From NCBI RefSeq assembly GCF_009834535.1, contig NC_045697.1, positions 69,318,001 through 69,382,000 on the forward strand: a DNA stretch of 64,000 bases. The letters are read 5' to 3'. Within the stretch, counting starts at the first letter, position 1. The number at the start of each line of letters is the position of its first letter. Origin of the DNA: Camelus ferus (lineage: Eukaryota). The notes under the pieces are model-generated. The model had not been told where the DNA came from. It was given only the letters and a program-made list of their open reading frames with translations, and did no database searches. The position numbers and the translations under genes are program-made. Below, one piece after another: positions 63,380-64,000 of the stretch.

Positions 63380-63800
63380 GAAGACACTTGCCCCGGCAGC
63401 CCGAGTTTGGAGCCCCGGAGCACGGTTGCTCGGAGCAGCCCGGCGGGAAGCTGGGGCTCAGGGACGCTGCTTGGGGCCGCGGCGCGGCGGCCGGGGCTGA
63501 GCAGCGCAGGGACCGACCGGCGCAGAGCGGCTCCCGCACCTCCAGCCCCTCGCGCGCCGAGGCCGCCGGAGCCGGGGTGGCCGCGATCCGGCGGGGAAGC
63601 GCGCGTTGCAAGACCCGAGCTTCGCTGAAGCTGGCCTCGAGCACAAGGCGAGCTCCTAAGTCCCTCTGCCAGGCGATCTGTCCGTCGGTCCGTCTCCGGG
63701 CTTCGGGCAAATGCGGCCGCGGCAGATGCTGGTGGAGACGCTACTCGCTCCCTCCCACCCCTCGCTCCGCCCGCCGATCGCTCCGCCCGCTCAGCCGGCA
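63367..63800 (-). other. TSPAN5: GC-rich 5' UTR of TSPAN5 exon 1 (upstream limit/TSS approximate)
   Basis: Continuous GC/CpG-rich sequence upstream of the ATG; the TSS cannot be fixed from sequence alone. Confidence 0.65.
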
Positions 63801-64000
63801 GCTCCTCCGCCCGCGCCGCCTGCAGCTCCGCCCGCCGCCCGCCGCCTGCCGCCCAAGCCTCAGCGAGGTGCGCGCGCGCACGGGCTCGGGCGCTCCCGGG
63901 CGGCCGCTGTGCACCACGTAGCCGCGCCGCCCCTCCTTCCAGCGCTCTGCGCTCCTCCTGCACCCTTTCTCCCCGCCCCTTCTCCGGCCAGCTCTGAGCG

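Larger units (their letters stand above)
63200..64000. promoter_or_regulatory. TSPAN5: CpG island / TSPAN5 promoter (continues beyond window end)
   Basis: Very high GC and CpG density, several CCGCCC GC boxes (~63767-63980), no obvious TATA box, overlaps the first exon. Confidence 0.9.

Noticed and set aside
63282..63963. Long ORFs (142-195 aa) on both strands in the CpG island
   Set aside because: Non-ATG starts and Ala/Arg/Pro/Gly-rich composition; expected from stop-codon depletion in GC-rich DNA.

Overview
Mammalian genomic DNA, not prokaryotic. Eight copies of a tRNA-derived SINE matching the camelid Vic-1 type point to camel/alpaca/llama. The only coding sequence I can support is the first coding exon of tetraspanin-5 (TSPAN5; MSGKHYKGPEVSCCIKYFIFGFNVIFW) on the minus strand at 63286-63366, within a CpG-island promoter at the right end. 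The remaining ~63 kb is TSPAN5 intron 1 (exon 2 not found), filled with SINEs, L1 3' fragments (several with clean target-site duplications, TSDs), MIR, L2, MaLR/ERVL LTRs and DNA-transposon remnants. I see no convincing novel multi-gene system. The best leads are an out-of-frame uORF overlapping the TSPAN5 start codon, an intronic CpG-rich promoter-like patch at ~48 kb with an 18-bp-phased motif, a ~100-bp unexplained duplicate 3 kb apart, a core-plus-purine-spacer minisatellite and inverted SINE pairs. Repeat subfamily names are from recall of consensus sequences, and old-repeat boundaries are approximate.
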